A stretch of 31,974 nt of DNA from Sphingomonadales bacterium (GCA_036445535.1 JAZFRG010000042.1:1-31974); one strand, 5' to 3'. Positions 9,448 through 20,698 are shown, numbered from the stretch's first letter. Numbers and translations: made by a program. The notes: generated from the letters alone by a model not told the origin.

Positions 9448-9849
9448 ATGTCAACACCAGATCCAATTGATATCCATGTCGGCTCAAGAGTGAGGATGCG
9501 CAGGACCCTTCTTGGCATGAGTCAAGAGAAATTGGGGAATGCCCTTAGTCTTACTTTTCAGCAGATTCAGAAGTACGAAAGAGGTGCTAACAGGATAGGT
9601 TCTAGCCGGTTGTTTAAGTTGTCTCAAATTTTAGATGTTCCGGTTAATTATTTTTTTGATGATATGCCTGACGCCTCGGGAAAACGTTCCAAAGGGTTTG
9701 GCGAGAGCGGCCCTAAGCACTTTGAAGCCGATCAACTTTCGAAACGTGAAACCCTTGAGTTGGTTAGGGCCTATTACAAGATTACCGATGAAAAGATTCG
9801 CAAACGGACCTTCGAATTGGTAAAGGCGATTGCCCATGCCGGGAAATAA
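9448..9849 (+). CDS. XRE-family HTH transcriptional regulator (conserved between lnt and metK)
   Basis: D.HVG.RVRMRR.LLGMSQEKLG..L..TFQQ.QKYE.G.NR motif and the C-terminal E..ELVRAY..I..R helix. Confidence 0.92.
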   Translation: MSTPDPIDIHVGSRVRMRRTLLGMSQEKLGNALSLTFQQIQKYERGANRIGSSRLFKLSQILDVPVNYFFDDMPDASGKRSKGFGESGPKHFEADQLSKRETLELVRAYYKITDEKIRKRTFELVKAIAHAGK

Positions 9850-9878
9850 TTTTTCATAATTTGTATTTATTTGTATTT

Positions 9879-9906
9879 AAAAGGGCCAGTTTTTCTGGCC
9901 TTTTTT
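9879..9906 (+). terminator. Rho-independent terminator after XRE gene
   Basis: AAAAGGGCCAG-TTTTT-CTGGCC-TTTTTT. Confidence 0.85.
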
Positions 9907-9950
9907 ATTACGCCACAACCAAGGCTTTCCGAAGATTTTGGTTTCTTTTC

Positions 9951-9979
9951 TTGTAACCCCCCGGCCCTTGGGCTAAACC
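9951..9979 (+). promoter_or_regulatory. Candidate sigma70 promoter for metK-trmB
   Basis: TTGTAA-N17-TAAACC downstream of the terminator; SD AGGAG before GTG 10042. Confidence 0.5.
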
Positions 9980-10041
9980 GTCCGGGTTTATTAGAAATTT
10001 TCCCCGTGGTTGAGAAAAATCCGGGACGATAGGAGAAACAA

Positions 10042-11208
10042 GTGTCCTTAAAAAATTATCTTTTTACGAGTGAATCGGTCTCAGAGGGCCACCCGGATAA
10101 GGTTGCTGACAGGATTTCCGACAGCGTCCTCGATGCTTACCTGAAAGAAGACCCCCATTCCCGCGTAGCGGTTGAAACCATGGTCACCACCAACCGGATT
10201 ATTTTGGCTGGTGAGGTTCGGGGCTCTGAAAAAATTGATAACACTGTTTTGGAAAAAGTTGCCCGGGCCGCCGTAAAAGACATTGGCTACGAACAAGAAG
10301 GCTTCCATTGGAAACATGCAAAATTCCATTCCTATGTTCACAATCAGTCAACTGATATTTCGAGGGGGGTGGATGCTGGCCACAACAAAGATGAAGGTGC
10401 CGGTGACCAGGGCATCATGTTTGGCTATGCTTGCCGTGAAACCGAGGTTTTAATGCCGGCTCCGATTCAGTTTTCGCACGAAATTTTATCTTCCATGGCT
10501 GAGGACCGCCATGCCGGCAATGCCCCTGGGCTTGAGCCCGATTCTAAAAGCCAGATAAGCTTACAATACGAAAATGGGAAACCTGTCAGGGCAACTTCTG
10601 TGGTTGTTTCTACCCAGCATTCTCCCGATTTTTCCGGGACTGAGCTTCGTGAATATATCCGGGGCCATGTCGAAAAAGTTTTACCCGATGGTTGGATGTG
10701 CCCGGAAGAAGAATTTTATGTAAACCCGACCGGCCAGTTTATTATTGGAGGCCCGGATGGTGATAGCGGTCTGACGGGGAGGAAAATTATTGTCGATACA
10801 TACGGCGGCGCAGCGCCCCATGGTGGGGGGGCTTTTTCAGGCAAGGACCCGACCAAGGTTGATCGCTCAGCCGCTTATATGGCCCGCTATTTGGCCAAAA
10901 ATGTCGTTGCCGCTGAAATGGCAGAAAACTGCACTATCCAACTTTCCTATGCCATTGGGGTTTCAAAACCTTTGTCCGTATATGTCAATTTAATGGGTAC
11001 CGGGCAGGTCGATGAGGACAAGCTTTCCGAACTTTTCCGGGACATGATTGATCTTAGCCCCCGGGCGATCCGCGAGCGGCTTCAATTAAGCCGCCCGATT
11101 TACGCTAAAACGGCTGCTTATGGCCATTTTGGTCGCCAACCCGAAGCGGGCGGCGCCTTCAGTTGGGAAAAAACCGATTTGGTAGACACGCTTAAAAAAT
11201 ACTTCTAA
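10042..11208 (+). CDS. metK: S-adenosylmethionine synthetase
   Basis: [40 protein letters not shown] and [19 protein letters not shown]. Confidence 0.98.
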   Translation: MSLKNYLFTSESVSEGHPDKVADRISDSVLDAYLKEDPHSRVAVETMVTTNRIILAGEVRGSEKIDNTVLEKVARAAVKDIGYEQEGFHWKHAKFHSYVHNQSTDISRGVDAGHNKDEGAGDQGIMFGYACRETEVLMPAPIQFSHEILSSMAEDRHAGNAPGLEPDSKSQISLQYENGKPVRATSVVVSTQHSPDFSGTELREYIRGHVEKVLPDGWMCPEEEFYVNPTGQFIIGGPDGDSGLTGRKIIVDTYGGAAPHGGGAFSGKDPTKVDRSAAYMARYLAKNVVAAEMAENCTIQLSYAIGVSKPLSVYVNLMGTGQVDEDKLSELFRDMIDLSPRAIRERLQLSRPIYAKTAAYGHFGRQPEAGGAFSWEKTDLVDTLKKYF

Positions 11209-11219
11209 ATCCTTCCCCT

Positions 11220-11918
11220 ATGACCAGGGACAACCATCCGACAGAGAAGTTCTATGGGCGGCGCATGGGCCAAACCCTTTCCGCCCGAAAACGCCGCCTG
11301 CTTGAGGAGGTGTTGCCTAAGGTTTCTATAGCCCCGGATGATTTTTCCAAGAAACCTCTGGATCCTTTGAACCTTTTTGATTTCCCCCCAAAAGAAACCT
11401 GGCTTGAGATTGGCTTTGGCAAGGGTGAACATTTAGCTGCCCAGGCCAGGGCAAACCCGGATGTAGGTTTTATTGGTTGTGAGCCGTTCATTAATGGCGT
11501 CGCCGGTCTGGTTACAAAAATTTATGAGGAGGGGCTAAAAAATATCCGGATATTAGCGGATGATGCCCGGCCTTTAATAGACGCTCTTCCTGACAAGTCA
11601 ATTGCCCGGGTTTTTTTGCTGCACCCAGATCCCTGGCCCAAAACGCGGCATGCCAGACGTCGGTTTGTCTCACCTCCGAACCTTGATCGTCTGGCGCGGA
11701 TCATGAAAAAGGGTGCTGAACTCAGGATCGGAACCGATCACCCGGTTTATAAGACATGGACCATGCGCCAGATGCAAAACAGACCTGATTTTAACTGGAC
11801 CGCCAGGCGCGCAAGCGATTGGCAAACCCAGCCCGAAGATTGGCCCGATACCCGCTATCAAGCAAAAGCCCACGCTTCAGAAGTGAAATGTGCCTATTTT
11901 ACCTTTTTAAGAGTTTGA
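11220..11918 (+). CDS. trmB: tRNA (guanine-N7)-methyltransferase TrmB
   Basis: LEIGFGKGEHL, GCEPFINGV, PDPWPK.RH.RRR, TD...Y and TRYQ.K motifs. Confidence 0.95.
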   Translation: MTRDNHPTEKFYGRRMGQTLSARKRRLLEEVLPKVSIAPDDFSKKPLDPLNLFDFPPKETWLEIGFGKGEHLAAQARANPDVGFIGCEPFINGVAGLVTKIYEEGLKNIRILADDARPLIDALPDKSIARVFLLHPDPWPKTRHARRRFVSPPNLDRLARIMKKGAELRIGTDHPVYKTWTMRQMQNRPDFNWTARRASDWQTQPEDWPDTRYQAKAHASEVKCAYFTFLRV

Positions 11919-11947
11919 TTTTTTCCCCAAAAAAACCACTAAAAGGC

Positions 11948-11977
11948 TTGATTAAATAAAGCTTTTCCGTATATATA
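11948..11977 (+). promoter_or_regulatory. Candidate sigma70 promoter for rimP-nusA-infB operon
   Basis: TTGATT followed 16 or 18 nt later by TATATA. Confidence 0.5.
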
Positions 11978-12005
11978 GGCCATCTTTTCACGACAGACTA
12001 ATCGC

Positions 12006-12033
12006 GGAGGGTGGGCCTGGGCCCACTTTTTTT
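12006..12033 (+). terminator. rimP leader hairpin (attenuator-like terminator)
   Basis: GGAGG-GTGGGC-CTGG-GCCCAC-TTTTTTT lies between the promoter and rimP. It matches the known rimP-leader position and shape. Confidence 0.75.
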
Positions 12034-12079
12034 ATACGCGCGAAAGCCTGTAGGGATAAATTTTGGCGGAGATGCTTTA

Positions 12080-12568
12080 ATGCCATCGCCTTTGGAAGAC
12101 AAGCTGGCAAGGCTTTTGGAACCAGCCATTGAAGGCTTAGGGTTCGAGTTGGTGCGTATTTCGGTGCAGGGCACTGGAAAACCAACCATCCAGGTGATGG
12201 CAGAGCGCCCGGACCGGACCATGGTGGTCGAAGATTGTGCGAAATTAAGTCGTGAAATTTCGACGGTCATGGAGGTTGAGGACCCGATTTCGAGCGAATA
12301 CGTTCTTGAGGTTTCCTCGCCAGGGATTGATCGGCCCTTAACCCGGCTCAAGGACTTTGAAGACTTCAAAGGGTTTGATGCTCGGGTGACAACCCGGGAT
12401 CTGGTTGATGGCCAACGCCGGTTTAAGGGCAAGCTCTTGGGTGTTAGCGGGGAAATAATTACCCTTAAAACCCAGGAGGGTGAAAAGGAATTGGAATTTA
12501 AGAGCATCGAAAAGGCCAAACTTGTCCTGACCGATGCTTTGGTAGCGGCCTCCCTAAAGGGCCATTAA
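12080..12568 (+). CDS. rimP: Ribosome maturation factor RimP
   Basis: GFELVRI, VEDCAKLSREIS, DPI..EY.LEVSSPGIDRPL and G.RRFKG motifs. Start moved to ATG 12080. Confidence 0.96.
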   Translation: MPSPLEDKLARLLEPAIEGLGFELVRISVQGTGKPTIQVMAERPDRTMVVEDCAKLSREISTVMEVEDPISSEYVLEVSSPGIDRPLTRLKDFEDFKGFDARVTTRDLVDGQRRFKGKLLGVSGEIITLKTQEGEKELEFKSIEKAKLVLTDALVAASLKGH

Positions 12569-12604
12569 AATTAACGACAACTACGTCTTGGATGGAGAAA
12601 AAAA

Positions 12605-14257
12605 ATGACGGCGGCAGTCGGCGCTAACAAACTGGAAATCCTTCAAATCGCAGATGCGGTGGCCAAGGAAAAGGCTATTGATCGGGAAATTGTGATCGAG
12701 GCCATGGAAGAGGCTATTCAAAAAGCGGCGAAAGCCCGCTATGGGAGCGAAAACAATATCCGTGCCCAGATTGATCGCGACAGCGGTAACCAGGAATTGT
12801 TCCGGATTCTTGAGGTTGTTGCAGAAGTGGAAAACCCCAGCACTGAAATCACCCTCGAGGAAGCACGGATGGAAAAACCTGAGGCTGAGGTCGGCGAATT
12901 TATTGCCGAGCGCTTACCGCCCATTGATTACAGCCGGATTTCTGCCCAAACTGCCAAACAGGTCATTGTCCAGAAGGTTAGAAGTGCTGAGCGGGAACGC
13001 CAGTTTGAAGAATTTAAGGACCGGGTTGGCGAAATTATCACCGGGATTGTCAAGCGCGTTGAATACGGCAACGTAATTGTTGATCTGGGGCGTGCCGAGG
13101 CGATTATTCCGCGCGACCATGTAATACCGCGTGAACACCTCCGAAATAATGAGCGCATCCGTTCCTTTATTCGTGAGGTCAGGCGCGAAAATCGTGGCCC
13201 GCAAATTTTCTTATCTCGGACCGTGCCTGAATTTATGGCGCAAATGTTTGCCCAGGAAGTTCCCGAAATTTATGATGGCGTGATTGAGATCAAGGCCGTC
13301 GCCAGAGATCCCGGCAGCCGTGCTAAAATTGCCGTCATTTCCCACGATAGCGGGATCGACCCGGTTGGCGCCTGCGTTGGTATGCGCGGTTCGCGGGTTC
13401 AAGCGGTAGTCAGCGAACTTCAGGGTGAGAAAATTGATATTATCCAATGGACCCAGGATGTAGCGACCTTGGTGGTCAACGCTTTGGCTCCGGCCCAGGT
13501 CGTCAAAGTGGTTCTGGACGAAGACGAAACCCGGATCGAAGTTGTTGTCCCCGATGACCAGCTTTCCCTTGCCATTGGTCGGCGCGGCCAAAACGTCCGT
13601 CTGGCTTCCAAGCTAACCGGTTGGACCATTGATATTTTGACCGAAGCTGAGGAATCTGAGCGCCGTCAGGAAGAATTTAAAACCCTGACCAAAATGTTCA
13701 TAGAAACCCTGGACGTTGATGAAACCCTGGCCCAGCTTTTGGCTGCAGAGGGCTTTTCTGATTACGAAGAAGTGGCTTACATTGAGGCCGAGGAACTTAT
13801 CTCTATTGAAGGTTTTGATGAAGCGCTTGTCGCGGAACTGCAAAGCCGGGCCATGGATGCCATTGAAAACAAACGCAAAGAGGCCGACAAAAAGCGCAAA
13901 AAACTTGGCGTGACCGACGATTTAGCCAAGCTGATCAAGCTTGAGCCCGCTTTGTTGGTAATTTTGGGTGAAAACGATGTAAAAACCATAGAGGATTTTG
14001 CCGGGTTTGCCGCTGATGAGCTGGTTTCACCGTTTGATGGGATCCTTAAGGGAAGCGATCTTTCGGAAGGTGAGGCAAGTGAACTGATTATGGCTGCCCG
14101 CGTTAAAGTTGGCTGGATCACTGCGGCTGAGCTTAAAGCTGCCAAAGCAGAGGCAAAAGCCGCTGAGGAAGCCCTCGCCGCTGAGGCTGCTGCAGCCGAA
14201 GAAGCCGAAGCCAAACCAGAGGACGAAGCGGCTACGAAAGAAAAACCCGAAGTTTAA
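12605..14257 (+). CDS. nusA: Transcription termination/antitermination factor NusA
   Basis: [13 protein letters not shown]1 and KH domains, [34 protein letters not shown]; Ala/Glu-rich tail. Confidence 0.98.
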   Translation: MTAAVGANKLEILQIADAVAKEKAIDREIVIEAMEEAIQKAAKARYGSENNIRAQIDRDSGNQELFRILEVVAEVENPSTEITLEEARMEKPEAEVGEFIAERLPPIDYSRISAQTAKQVIVQKVRSAERERQFEEFKDRVGEIITGIVKRVEYGNVIVDLGRAEAIIPRDHVIPREHLRNNERIRSFIREVRRENRGPQIFLSRTVPEFMAQMFAQEVPEIYDGVIEIKAVARDPGSRAKIAVISHDSGIDPVGACVGMRGSRVQAVVSELQGEKIDIIQWTQDVATLVVNALAPAQVVKVVLDEDETRIEVVVPDDQLSLAIGRRGQNVRLASKLTGWTIDILTEAEESERRQEEFKTLTKMFIETLDVDETLAQLLAAEGFSDYEEVAYIEAEELISIEGFDEALVAELQSRAMDAIENKRKEADKKRKKLGVTDDLAKLIKLEPALLVILGENDVKTIEDFAGFAADELVSPFDGILKGSDLSEGEASELIMAARVKVGWITAAELKAAKAEAKAAEEALAAEAAAAEEAEAKPEDEAATKEKPEV

Positions 14258-14296
14258 AGGGTTGGCTTGAGAAAACGGAAAAAAAGAGGTAAAGCC

Positions 14297-14329
14297 TTGG
14301 CCAGCCTTAATGTAGGAAGATTTGAATGA
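14297..14329 (+). other. Candidate 10-codon mini-ORF ([10 protein letters not shown]) overlapping infB start
   Basis: SD GAGGT (14286-14290), then 6 nt, then TTG; its TGA overlaps the infB ATG as ATGA. Translation is unproven. Confidence 0.3.
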
Positions 14330-16869
14330 GCGACGATCGCAAACTAACATTATCCGACAAACCTGCTGCTCCGGCGACCAAACCGGTGGAGACCGGCAAG
14401 CCTCGCCTTGGCATGGGTGCCCGGCGGACAAAGCCCGTGGTCGTTGAACGCAAACGTCGCAGAATCTTGCGAAAAGATGGCAACACCCCTGAAGCAAAGC
14501 CGGTGGTTGAGGAAAATCTTTCGCTAAAGCCAAAGCGCCCTGCGACAGAGACTAACCAGGAGCCTGAAAACCATTTAACGTCAACCGAGCGCGATGCCCG
14601 GGTTGAGGCCTTGCAGGAAGCAATCCGTCAAGCCGAAGAAGCGCGCATGGCAGCTGCGGAAGAAAAACGCCAGCGTGACGCCATGGCTGCTAAAGCCAGG
14701 CAGGCCGACGAAAAACAGAAAACCAAGACCAACAAAGAAGATGAGGCGCTCCTAAAGGTCGAGGCCGATGCCAAACGCAAGGCTGAAGAAGAAGCCCAGA
14801 ATAAAATTGAAGCCGAAGCCGAAGCCCAAAAAGCCCTTGAGGAAGAGGCCAAGATTAAGGCATCTGAAAAATCCCAGGAAGAAACCAAAAAAGAACGCCG
14901 CATCGAAGAAGAGAAAGCACACAAAAAACAATTAGAGAAAAAACGTCACGCCAATCTGAAAAAAGTTGGCGGGGAACGCCGTCGCGGCGGTAAACTAACC
15001 GTTGCCCAGGCCTTAGGGGGTAGAGATGATTACCGCGGTCGCTCATTAGCTGCTTTAAAGCGTGCCCAGGCCAAACAAAAAAGAATGCTCGGCGGTGAAG
15101 TAGAAAAGCCCAAAAAATCGCGCGAAGTGACTGTTCCTGAAACGATCACTGTCACCGAACTTGCAAATCGGATGGCCGAAAAGGTTGTTGCGGTTATCAG
15201 GGTTCTGATGAACATGGGGGTTACCGCCACCATTAATGAAAACCTTGATCAGGATACTGCCGAACTGGTGGTTGAAGAATTTGGCCACACCATCAAACGG
15301 GTTGCTGAATCGGATGTTGAAATTGGCCTTAAGGGCGAAGAAGACGACCCCAAGCTTTTGAAACCACGGCCCCCTGTTGTTACCATTATGGGCCATGTTG
15401 ACCACGGCAAAACCTCGCTTTTGGATGCCATGCGTGAGACCAATGTTGCCGCCGGAGAGGCCGGCGGGATTACCCAGCATATTGGTGCCTACCAGGTTAC
15501 AACCAAGGCCGGAAACGTGATTACTTTCCTCGATACTCCGGGCCACGAAGCCTTTACCCAAATGCGTGCCCGGGGTGCCCATGCCACGGATCTAGTGGTT
15601 CTTGTCGTCGCCGCCGATGACAGCGTAATGCCGCAAACCATTGAGGCGATTAACCATGCCAAGGCCGCGGGGGTTCCGATGATCGTTGCCATCAACAAGA
15701 TGGACAAGGCCGGCGCGGATGCCGGCAAAGTTCGCCAGGAACTACTGCAGCACGAAGTTATTGTTGAGGCGATGTCGGGCGATGTTCTGGACGTTGAAGT
15801 TTCAGCAACTACCGGGGCTGGTCTCGATAAACTGGAAGAGGCCATCCAATTACAGGCCGAACTTTTGGACATCAAAGCCAACCCGGACAGACCAGCCGAG
15901 GGAACGGTTATTGAAGCCGAACTTGATAAAGGCCGCGGTCCAATGGCCACCCTTCTGGTACAACGCGGAACCTTGAAAGTTGGCGATATTCTTGTTGCCG
16001 GGGCTGAATGGGGACGGGTTCGGGCGCTTTTGGATGACAAAGGCAAAAATGTTAAAGAGGCAACACCGTCGATGGCGGTTGAAGTTTTGGGGTTAAACTC
16101 CACACCTTCTGCCGGTGATATCTTTTCAGTCGTTGAAAATGATGGCCGCGCCCGGGAGGTTTCCGAATACCGCAAGGAACAGGACAAGAAAAGACGGGTA
16201 TCACGCGATACCGTGTCCCTTGAAAACATGTTCTCCGCGCTTAAAGAAAATAAGGCTCAAGGTTTCCCGCTGATTATTAAGGCAGACGTCAAGGGCTCTG
16301 CTGAGGCGATTAGCTCAGCACTGGAGAAAATTGGCAACGAAGAAATTCAGGCCCAGGTGATCCATTCAGGTGTTGGTGCCATCACCGAATCCGATGTGAC
16401 ATTGGCCGCTGCCTCTAAAACTTTCATTATAGGTTTTAATGTCAGGGCCAACAAACAGGCCAGAGAAGCCGCCGCAGTCGAGAAAATCGAAATTCGCTAC
16501 TACTCGGTTATTTATGACGTTGTTGACGAGGTAAAAGCGGCGATGGAGGGTGAATTGTCGCCCGCGATTGAGGAAACTATTATTGGCCTGGTAGAGATCA
16601 AGGATGTCTTTAGCGCCGGTAAAAAAGGCAAAGCTGCGGGCTGTATAGTCCAGGACGGGGTTGCCAAGGCCCATGCAAAAGTCCGGCTGCTTCGGGATGA
16701 CGTTGTTGTTTATACCGGAAAATTAGAATCCCTAAGGCGTTTCAAGGATGAAGTTAAAGAGGTCAAGGCCGGGACCGAGTGCGGGATCTCGCTTGAAAAT
16801 TATATAGACTTCAAAGCCGGGGATACCATTGAGGTTTTTGAGACCACCGAGAAGCAAAAGAAGCTTTAA
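14326..16869 (+). CDS. infB: Translation initiation factor IF-2
   Basis: [13 protein letters not shown] and NKMD G-motifs; [10 protein letters not shown]; [16 protein letters not shown]. Confidence 0.98.
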   Translation: MSDDRKLTLSDKPAAPATKPVETGKPRLGMGARRTKPVVVERKRRRILRKDGNTPEAKPVVEENLSLKPKRPATETNQEPENHLTSTERDARVEALQEAIRQAEEARMAAAEEKRQRDAMAAKARQADEKQKTKTNKEDEALLKVEADAKRKAEEEAQNKIEAEAEAQKALEEEAKIKASEKSQEETKKERRIEEEKAHKKQLEKKRHANLKKVGGERRRGGKLTVAQALGGRDDYRGRSLAALKRAQAKQKRMLGGEVEKPKKSREVTVPETITVTELANRMAEKVVAVIRVLMNMGVTATINENLDQDTAELVVEEFGHTIKRVAESDVEIGLKGEEDDPKLLKPRPPVVTIMGHVDHGKTSLLDAMRETNVAAGEAGGITQHIGAYQVTTKAGNVITFLDTPGHEAFTQMRARGAHATDLVVLVVAADDSVMPQTIEAINHAKAAGVPMIVAINKMDKAGADAGKVRQELLQHEVIVEAMSGDVLDVEVSATTGAGLDKLEEAIQLQAELLDIKANPDRPAEGTVIEAELDKGRGPMATLLVQRGTLKVGDILVAGAEWGRVRALLDDKGKNVKEATPSMAVEVLGLNSTPSAGDIFSVVENDGRAREVSEYRKEQDKKRRVSRDTVSLENMFSALKENKAQGFPLIIKADVKGSAEAISSALEKIGNEEIQAQVIHSGVGAITESDVTLAAASKTFIIGFNVRANKQAREAAAVEKIEIRYYSVIYDVVDEVKAAMEGELSPAIEETIIGLVEIKDVFSAGKKGKAAGCIVQDGVAKAHAKVRLLRDDVVVYTGKLESLRRFKDEVKEVKAGTECGISLENYIDFKAGDTIEVFETTEKQKKL

Positions 16870-16887
16870 ACCTAAAAGTAGCCAACC

Positions 16888-17274
16888 ATGTCAAAATCCA
16901 AAACCAACGGACCCAGTCTCCGGCTTCTTCGCGTCAACGAAAGTTTACGTCACGCCCTGTCAGCTGTTTTGATGAAAGAAGACCTCCATAACCCGGTTTT
17001 GGAAGAAACCTCAATTACCGTGTCGGAAGTCAGATGCAGCCCAGACCTTAGAAATGCGACCGCCTTTGTCATGCCGCTAGGCGGGGATAATCTGGAAGAA
17101 ATTCTAGAGGGCCTGAACCAGGCGGCTCCTTATTTGAGTGGGATTTTATGCCGCAGTGTCCATTTGAAATATTCGCCCAAACTAAAATTCAAGGCCGATG
17201 AAAGTTTTGATGAATCGAAAAAAATTGATCAACTTCTTTCCCACCCCAAGGTCGCCCGCGACCTCAAGGAATAA
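16888..17274 (+). CDS. rbfA: Ribosome-binding factor A
   Basis: R.LRV.E.LR, VSEV..SPDLR.A..FV and LKY.PKL.F..DESF motifs; operon position. Confidence 0.95.
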   Translation: MSKSKTNGPSLRLLRVNESLRHALSAVLMKEDLHNPVLEETSITVSEVRCSPDLRNATAFVMPLGGDNLEEILEGLNQAAPYLSGILCRSVHLKYSPKLKFKADESFDESKKIDQLLSHPKVARDLKE

Positions 17275-17282
17275 GCTCAAAA

Positions 17283-18182
17283 ATGGCTAAAAAAGGTAAT
17301 CCCATCCACGGTTGGTTTATCATTGATAAAACCCCGGACATGACCTCGGCAGATGTCGTGCGGGCCATCAAGCGGATTGTTCAGCCAAAAAAAATAGGTC
17401 ATGCCGGAACGCTTGATCCTTTGGCGACCGGGATTTTACCCATTGCGCTCGGCGAGGCGACCAAAACCATCCCCTATATTGTCGACCGTGAAAAAGAATA
17501 CACCTTCACGGTAAAATTTGGTGAGGAGACGACCACCGATGACACCGAAGGCGAGGTAGCCGAAACCAGTGATTCGCGTCCAAGCGAGGCCGAAATTTTA
17601 GCTGCCATGGAAGACTTTAAAGGCGAAATTCAGCAAATTCCCCCTAAATTTTCCGCCGTCAAGGTAGATGGCAGGCGGGCCTATGAACTGGCCCGCGCCG
17701 GGGAGGCCGTGGAATTAAAGGCCAGAACTGCCCATATTATGGAATTCACGCTGAAAAGTGTGGCTAAACAAGGAAACCAAGCCAGCTTTTCCGTGGTTTG
17801 CGGAAAAGGCACTTATATTCGCTCAATTGCACGCGATTTAGGGCGGAAACTAAGGTGTTTCGGGCATGTTACAAGCATAAGGCGAGGCCGCGTTGGTCCG
17901 TTTTCCGAAAAAAGCGCAATTTCACTGGAAAAGCTAATTGATTTGGGCCATAGTGCGCGCGCTTTGGAGGCCCTACACCCAATTATGACCGCCCTGGACG
18001 ACATCCCGGAGCTGGCCATAACCAGAAGCGAAGCCAAAAGAGCCAGAAATGGCCAGGCTTTGCAGCTTCCAACAAGCCGAAGCGGAACGGTCCGCTTGAC
18101 CCATGAGGGCGAATTAATTGCCCTGGCAAGGGTCGAAAATAAACGGGCCAAACTGCTTCGGGTATTTAATCAGACAAACTAG
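17283..18182 (+). CDS. truB: tRNA pseudouridine(55) synthase TruB
   Basis: [30 protein letters not shown] and C.KGTYIRS motifs. Confidence 0.97.
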   Translation: MAKKGNPIHGWFIIDKTPDMTSADVVRAIKRIVQPKKIGHAGTLDPLATGILPIALGEATKTIPYIVDREKEYTFTVKFGEETTTDDTEGEVAETSDSRPSEAEILAAMEDFKGEIQQIPPKFSAVKVDGRRAYELARAGEAVELKARTAHIMEFTLKSVAKQGNQASFSVVCGKGTYIRSIARDLGRKLRCFGHVTSIRRGRVGPFSEKSAISLEKLIDLGHSARALEALHPIMTALDDIPELAITRSEAKRARNGQALQLPTSRSGTVRLTHEGELIALARVENKRAKLLRVFNQTN

Positions 18183-18196
18183 TAAAGGAGAAACCG

Positions 18197-18466
18197 ATGT
18201 CGATTACACCTGAGAAAAAACAGGAGATCGTAAAGAAATACGCGATCAACAAAACCGATACCGGCTCGCCCGAGGTTCAAGTTGCCTTGCTGACCGAGCG
18301 CATTGTAAATCTTACGGATCACTTTAAAGAGCATCGCAAAGACAATCATTCCCGTCGTGGACTGATGAAGATGGTAGATAACCGTCGCCGGTTGCTCACC
18401 TATTTAAAAAATCAAGACGAAGAAAGGTATGCACAGCTGATCAAAGCTTTGGGCTTAAGGAAATAA
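18197..18466 (+). CDS. rpsO: 30S ribosomal protein S15
   Basis: [24 protein letters not shown] and LGLR motifs. Confidence 0.98.
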   Translation: MSITPEKKQEIVKKYAINKTDTGSPEVQVALLTERIVNLTDHFKEHRKDNHSRRGLMKMVDNRRRLLTYLKNQDEERYAQLIKALGLRK

Positions 18467-18539
18467 TCTGTTTTCCGGGAATGAGCCCGGTTAGCCCGAT
18501 GTTTAATTTGATCGCACCTAAGTGCAAACAAAAAAACAC

Positions 18540-20684
18540 ATGTTTAATATTCATAAAAAAGAAATAACCTGGGATGGCAGGCCGCTCACAATTGAGACCG
18601 GTCGTATAGCCCGCCAGGCCGACGCCGCGGTTCTAGTAACCTACGGTGAAACAGTAGTCCTGGCGACCGTCGTTGCTGCTAGGAAATCAAATCCGGAGTT
18701 GGATTTTTTCCCACTTACGGTCCACTATGTAGAAAAAACCTATGCCGCAGGGAAAATTCCTGGTGGCTTTTTTAAACGCGAAGGGCGCCCTTCCGAAAAG
18801 GAAACTTTAACCAGCCGTCTTATTGACCGCCCGGTTCGCCCCCTTTTCCCGGGAAGCTTTAAAAACGATACCCAAATTATCTGTACCGTTTTATCCCACG
18901 ACATGGAAAACGATCCGGATATTGTAGCGCTTATTGGGGCAAGTGCCGCCTTAACGCTTTCCGGCATCCCCTTCCTTGGCCCCATTGGCGCCGCCCGCGT
19001 TGGGTACAAGGATGGCAAATATTTAATCAACCCAAAACCTGAGGATTTGGAGGGCAGCGAACTTGATCTTATTGTCGCTGGCACCAAGGACGCGGTTTTA
19101 ATGGTCGAATCCGAAGCCCAGGAACTCTCTGAAGAGGTAATGCTGGGTGCTGTGATGCACGGCCATAAGGAAATGCAGCCAGTGATCGACATGATCATTG
19201 ATCTGGCCGAAGATTGTGCCAAAGATCCTTGGGATCTCGCGGAAGAAAAAGATTTATCCGAGCTTAAAGGCAAAATTGCCAAAATGGCCGAAAAAGATCT
19301 CCGGGCAGCTTATAAGATCACCGAAAAGCAAGACCGTACCAACGCTATTAGTGAGGTCCGCACCAAGGTTAAGGAAGCCTTTGCTGAGGATGAAGCCGTT
19401 GAAGACCGTGAAATTTCAGATCTTTTGAAAAAACTTGAAAAAGATATCGTCCGCGGTGATATTTTGAAAACCAAAAAGCGTATTGATGGTCGTAAACTTG
19501 ATCAGGTTCGCCCAATCGTTGGCGAAGTTGGTGTTCTTGAGCGCGCTCACGGCAGTGCGCTTTTCACCCGCGGTGAAACCCAAGCGCTGGTTGTGGCTAC
19601 CCTTGGAACCGGTGATGATGAACAATTTATCGATGCCCTAACCGGCACCTACAAGGAAAAATTCCTGCTTCATTATAACTTCCCGCCTTATTCAGTTGGT
19701 GAAACCGGCAGGTTCGGCTTTACCAGCAGACGCGAAATTGGTCACGGCAAGTTGGCTTGGCGCGCTGTTCGTGCAGTTTTACCCAGCCATGAAGATTTCC
19801 CCTACACCGTCCGGATCGTTTCTGAAATTACCGAATCGAACGGCTCCTCCTCAATGGCAAGTGTTTGCGGTGCTTCCTTGTCCATGATGGATGCCGGGGT
19901 TCCGATCACCCGGCCAGTTTCCGGTATTGCCATGGGCCTTATTAAAGAAGGCAAGGACTTTGCTGTTCTGTCAGACATCCTGGGCGATGAGGATCACCTG
20001 GGTGACATGGACTTTAAGGTTGCCGGTTCTGAAAAAGGAATCACCTCCTTGCAGATGGACATCAAAATCACTGGGATTACTGAAGATATCATGGAACAGG
20101 CTCTGCAACAGTCCAAGGCCGGTCGCGATCATATTTTGGGTGAAATGAATAAAGCCCTGAAAACCGCCCGCGAAGATGTCAGTACCCATGCCCCCCGGAT
20201 TGAAACCATTCAGGTTCCAAAAGACAAAATCCGTGAGGTTATTGGTACCGGCGGCAAGGTTATCCGTGAAATTGTTGAAACCACGGGTGCCAAGGTTGAT
20301 ATCGATGACGATGGTACGATTAAAATCGCCAGTTCCGATATGGAAGCCATCGAGGCGGCCAAAAAATGGATCATCGGGATTACCGCTGAGCCTGAGCTGG
20401 GTGAGCTTTATGACGGCAAGGTCGTCAAGGTTGCGGACTTCGGTGCGTTCGTAAACTTCTTCGGTGCCAGAGATGGTTTGGTGCACATCAGCGAGATGTC
20501 ATCCGAGCGCGTTGAGAAGGTTTCCGACGTTGTTAAAGAAGGCGATCAAGTTAAAGTTCGGGTTCTAGAAATTGACGACAGAGGAAAAGTCAGGCTTACT
20601 ATGCGGGTAGAGGAAGATCGCCCGATAGGTTCCCGCCCCAAAGGGGGTAAACCTGGTGGCGGTCGCGGGCCGAAACGGAACTAG
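18540..20684 (+). CDS. pnp: Polyribonucleotide nucleotidyltransferase
   Basis: [48 protein letters not shown], then KH and S1 domains. Start moved to ATG 18540. Confidence 0.98.
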   Translation: MFNIHKKEITWDGRPLTIETGRIARQADAAVLVTYGETVVLATVVAARKSNPELDFFPLTVHYVEKTYAAGKIPGGFFKREGRPSEKETLTSRLIDRPVRPLFPGSFKNDTQIICTVLSHDMENDPDIVALIGASAALTLSGIPFLGPIGAARVGYKDGKYLINPKPEDLEGSELDLIVAGTKDAVLMVESEAQELSEEVMLGAVMHGHKEMQPVIDMIIDLAEDCAKDPWDLAEEKDLSELKGKIAKMAEKDLRAAYKITEKQDRTNAISEVRTKVKEAFAEDEAVEDREISDLLKKLEKDIVRGDILKTKKRIDGRKLDQVRPIVGEVGVLERAHGSALFTRGETQALVVATLGTGDDEQFIDALTGTYKEKFLLHYNFPPYSVGETGRFGFTSRREIGHGKLAWRAVRAVLPSHEDFPYTVRIVSEITESNGSSSMASVCGASLSMMDAGVPITRPVSGIAMGLIKEGKDFAVLSDILGDEDHLGDMDFKVAGSEKGITSLQMDIKITGITEDIMEQALQQSKAGRDHILGEMNKALKTAREDVSTHAPRIETIQVPKDKIREVIGTGGKVIREIVETTGAKVDIDDDGTIKIASSDMEAIEAAKKWIIGITAEPELGELYDGKVVKVADFGAFVNFFGARDGLVHISEMSSERVEKVSDVVKEGDQVKVRVLEIDDRGKVRLTMRVEEDRPIGSRPKGGKPGGGRGPKRN

Positions 20685-20698
20685 GGTTTGGACCCTAG
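20682..20698. repeat. 17-nt stop-codon-anchored palindrome, copy 1
   Basis: TAGGGTTTGGACCCTAG starts at the pnp stop and is 15/17 identical to 22131-22147. Confidence 0.6.

Noticed and set aside
9911-10041. Possible SAM-II/SAM-V or SAM-SAH riboswitch before metK (words GATTT, TTGTA, GCTAAA and CACAAC..GGCTT are present)
   Set aside because: The P1 stems cannot form. The words coincide with a good TTGTAA-N17-TAAACC promoter, so most would lie upstream of the TSS. An Rfam cmscan would settle it.
14120-14257. Ala/Glu/Lys-rich low-complexity NusA tail
   Set aside because: Variable charged tails are common in alphaproteobacterial NusA, and there is no tandem DNA repeat unit.
2214-18539. Extended N-termini given by the ORF track for rimI, fur, miaB, rimP and pnp
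   Set aside because: Downstream ATGs match conserved N-termini and/or SD positions. The extensions overlap upstream genes, terminators or promoters.
12739-20486. Long antisense and alternate-frame ORFs within nusA, infB and pnp (e.g. 15489-16229, 15055-15582, 18740-19282, 19971-20486)
   Set aside because: They are fully nested in highly conserved genes, have no motifs and show Ser/Ala-rich shadow composition. This is expected from codon bias.
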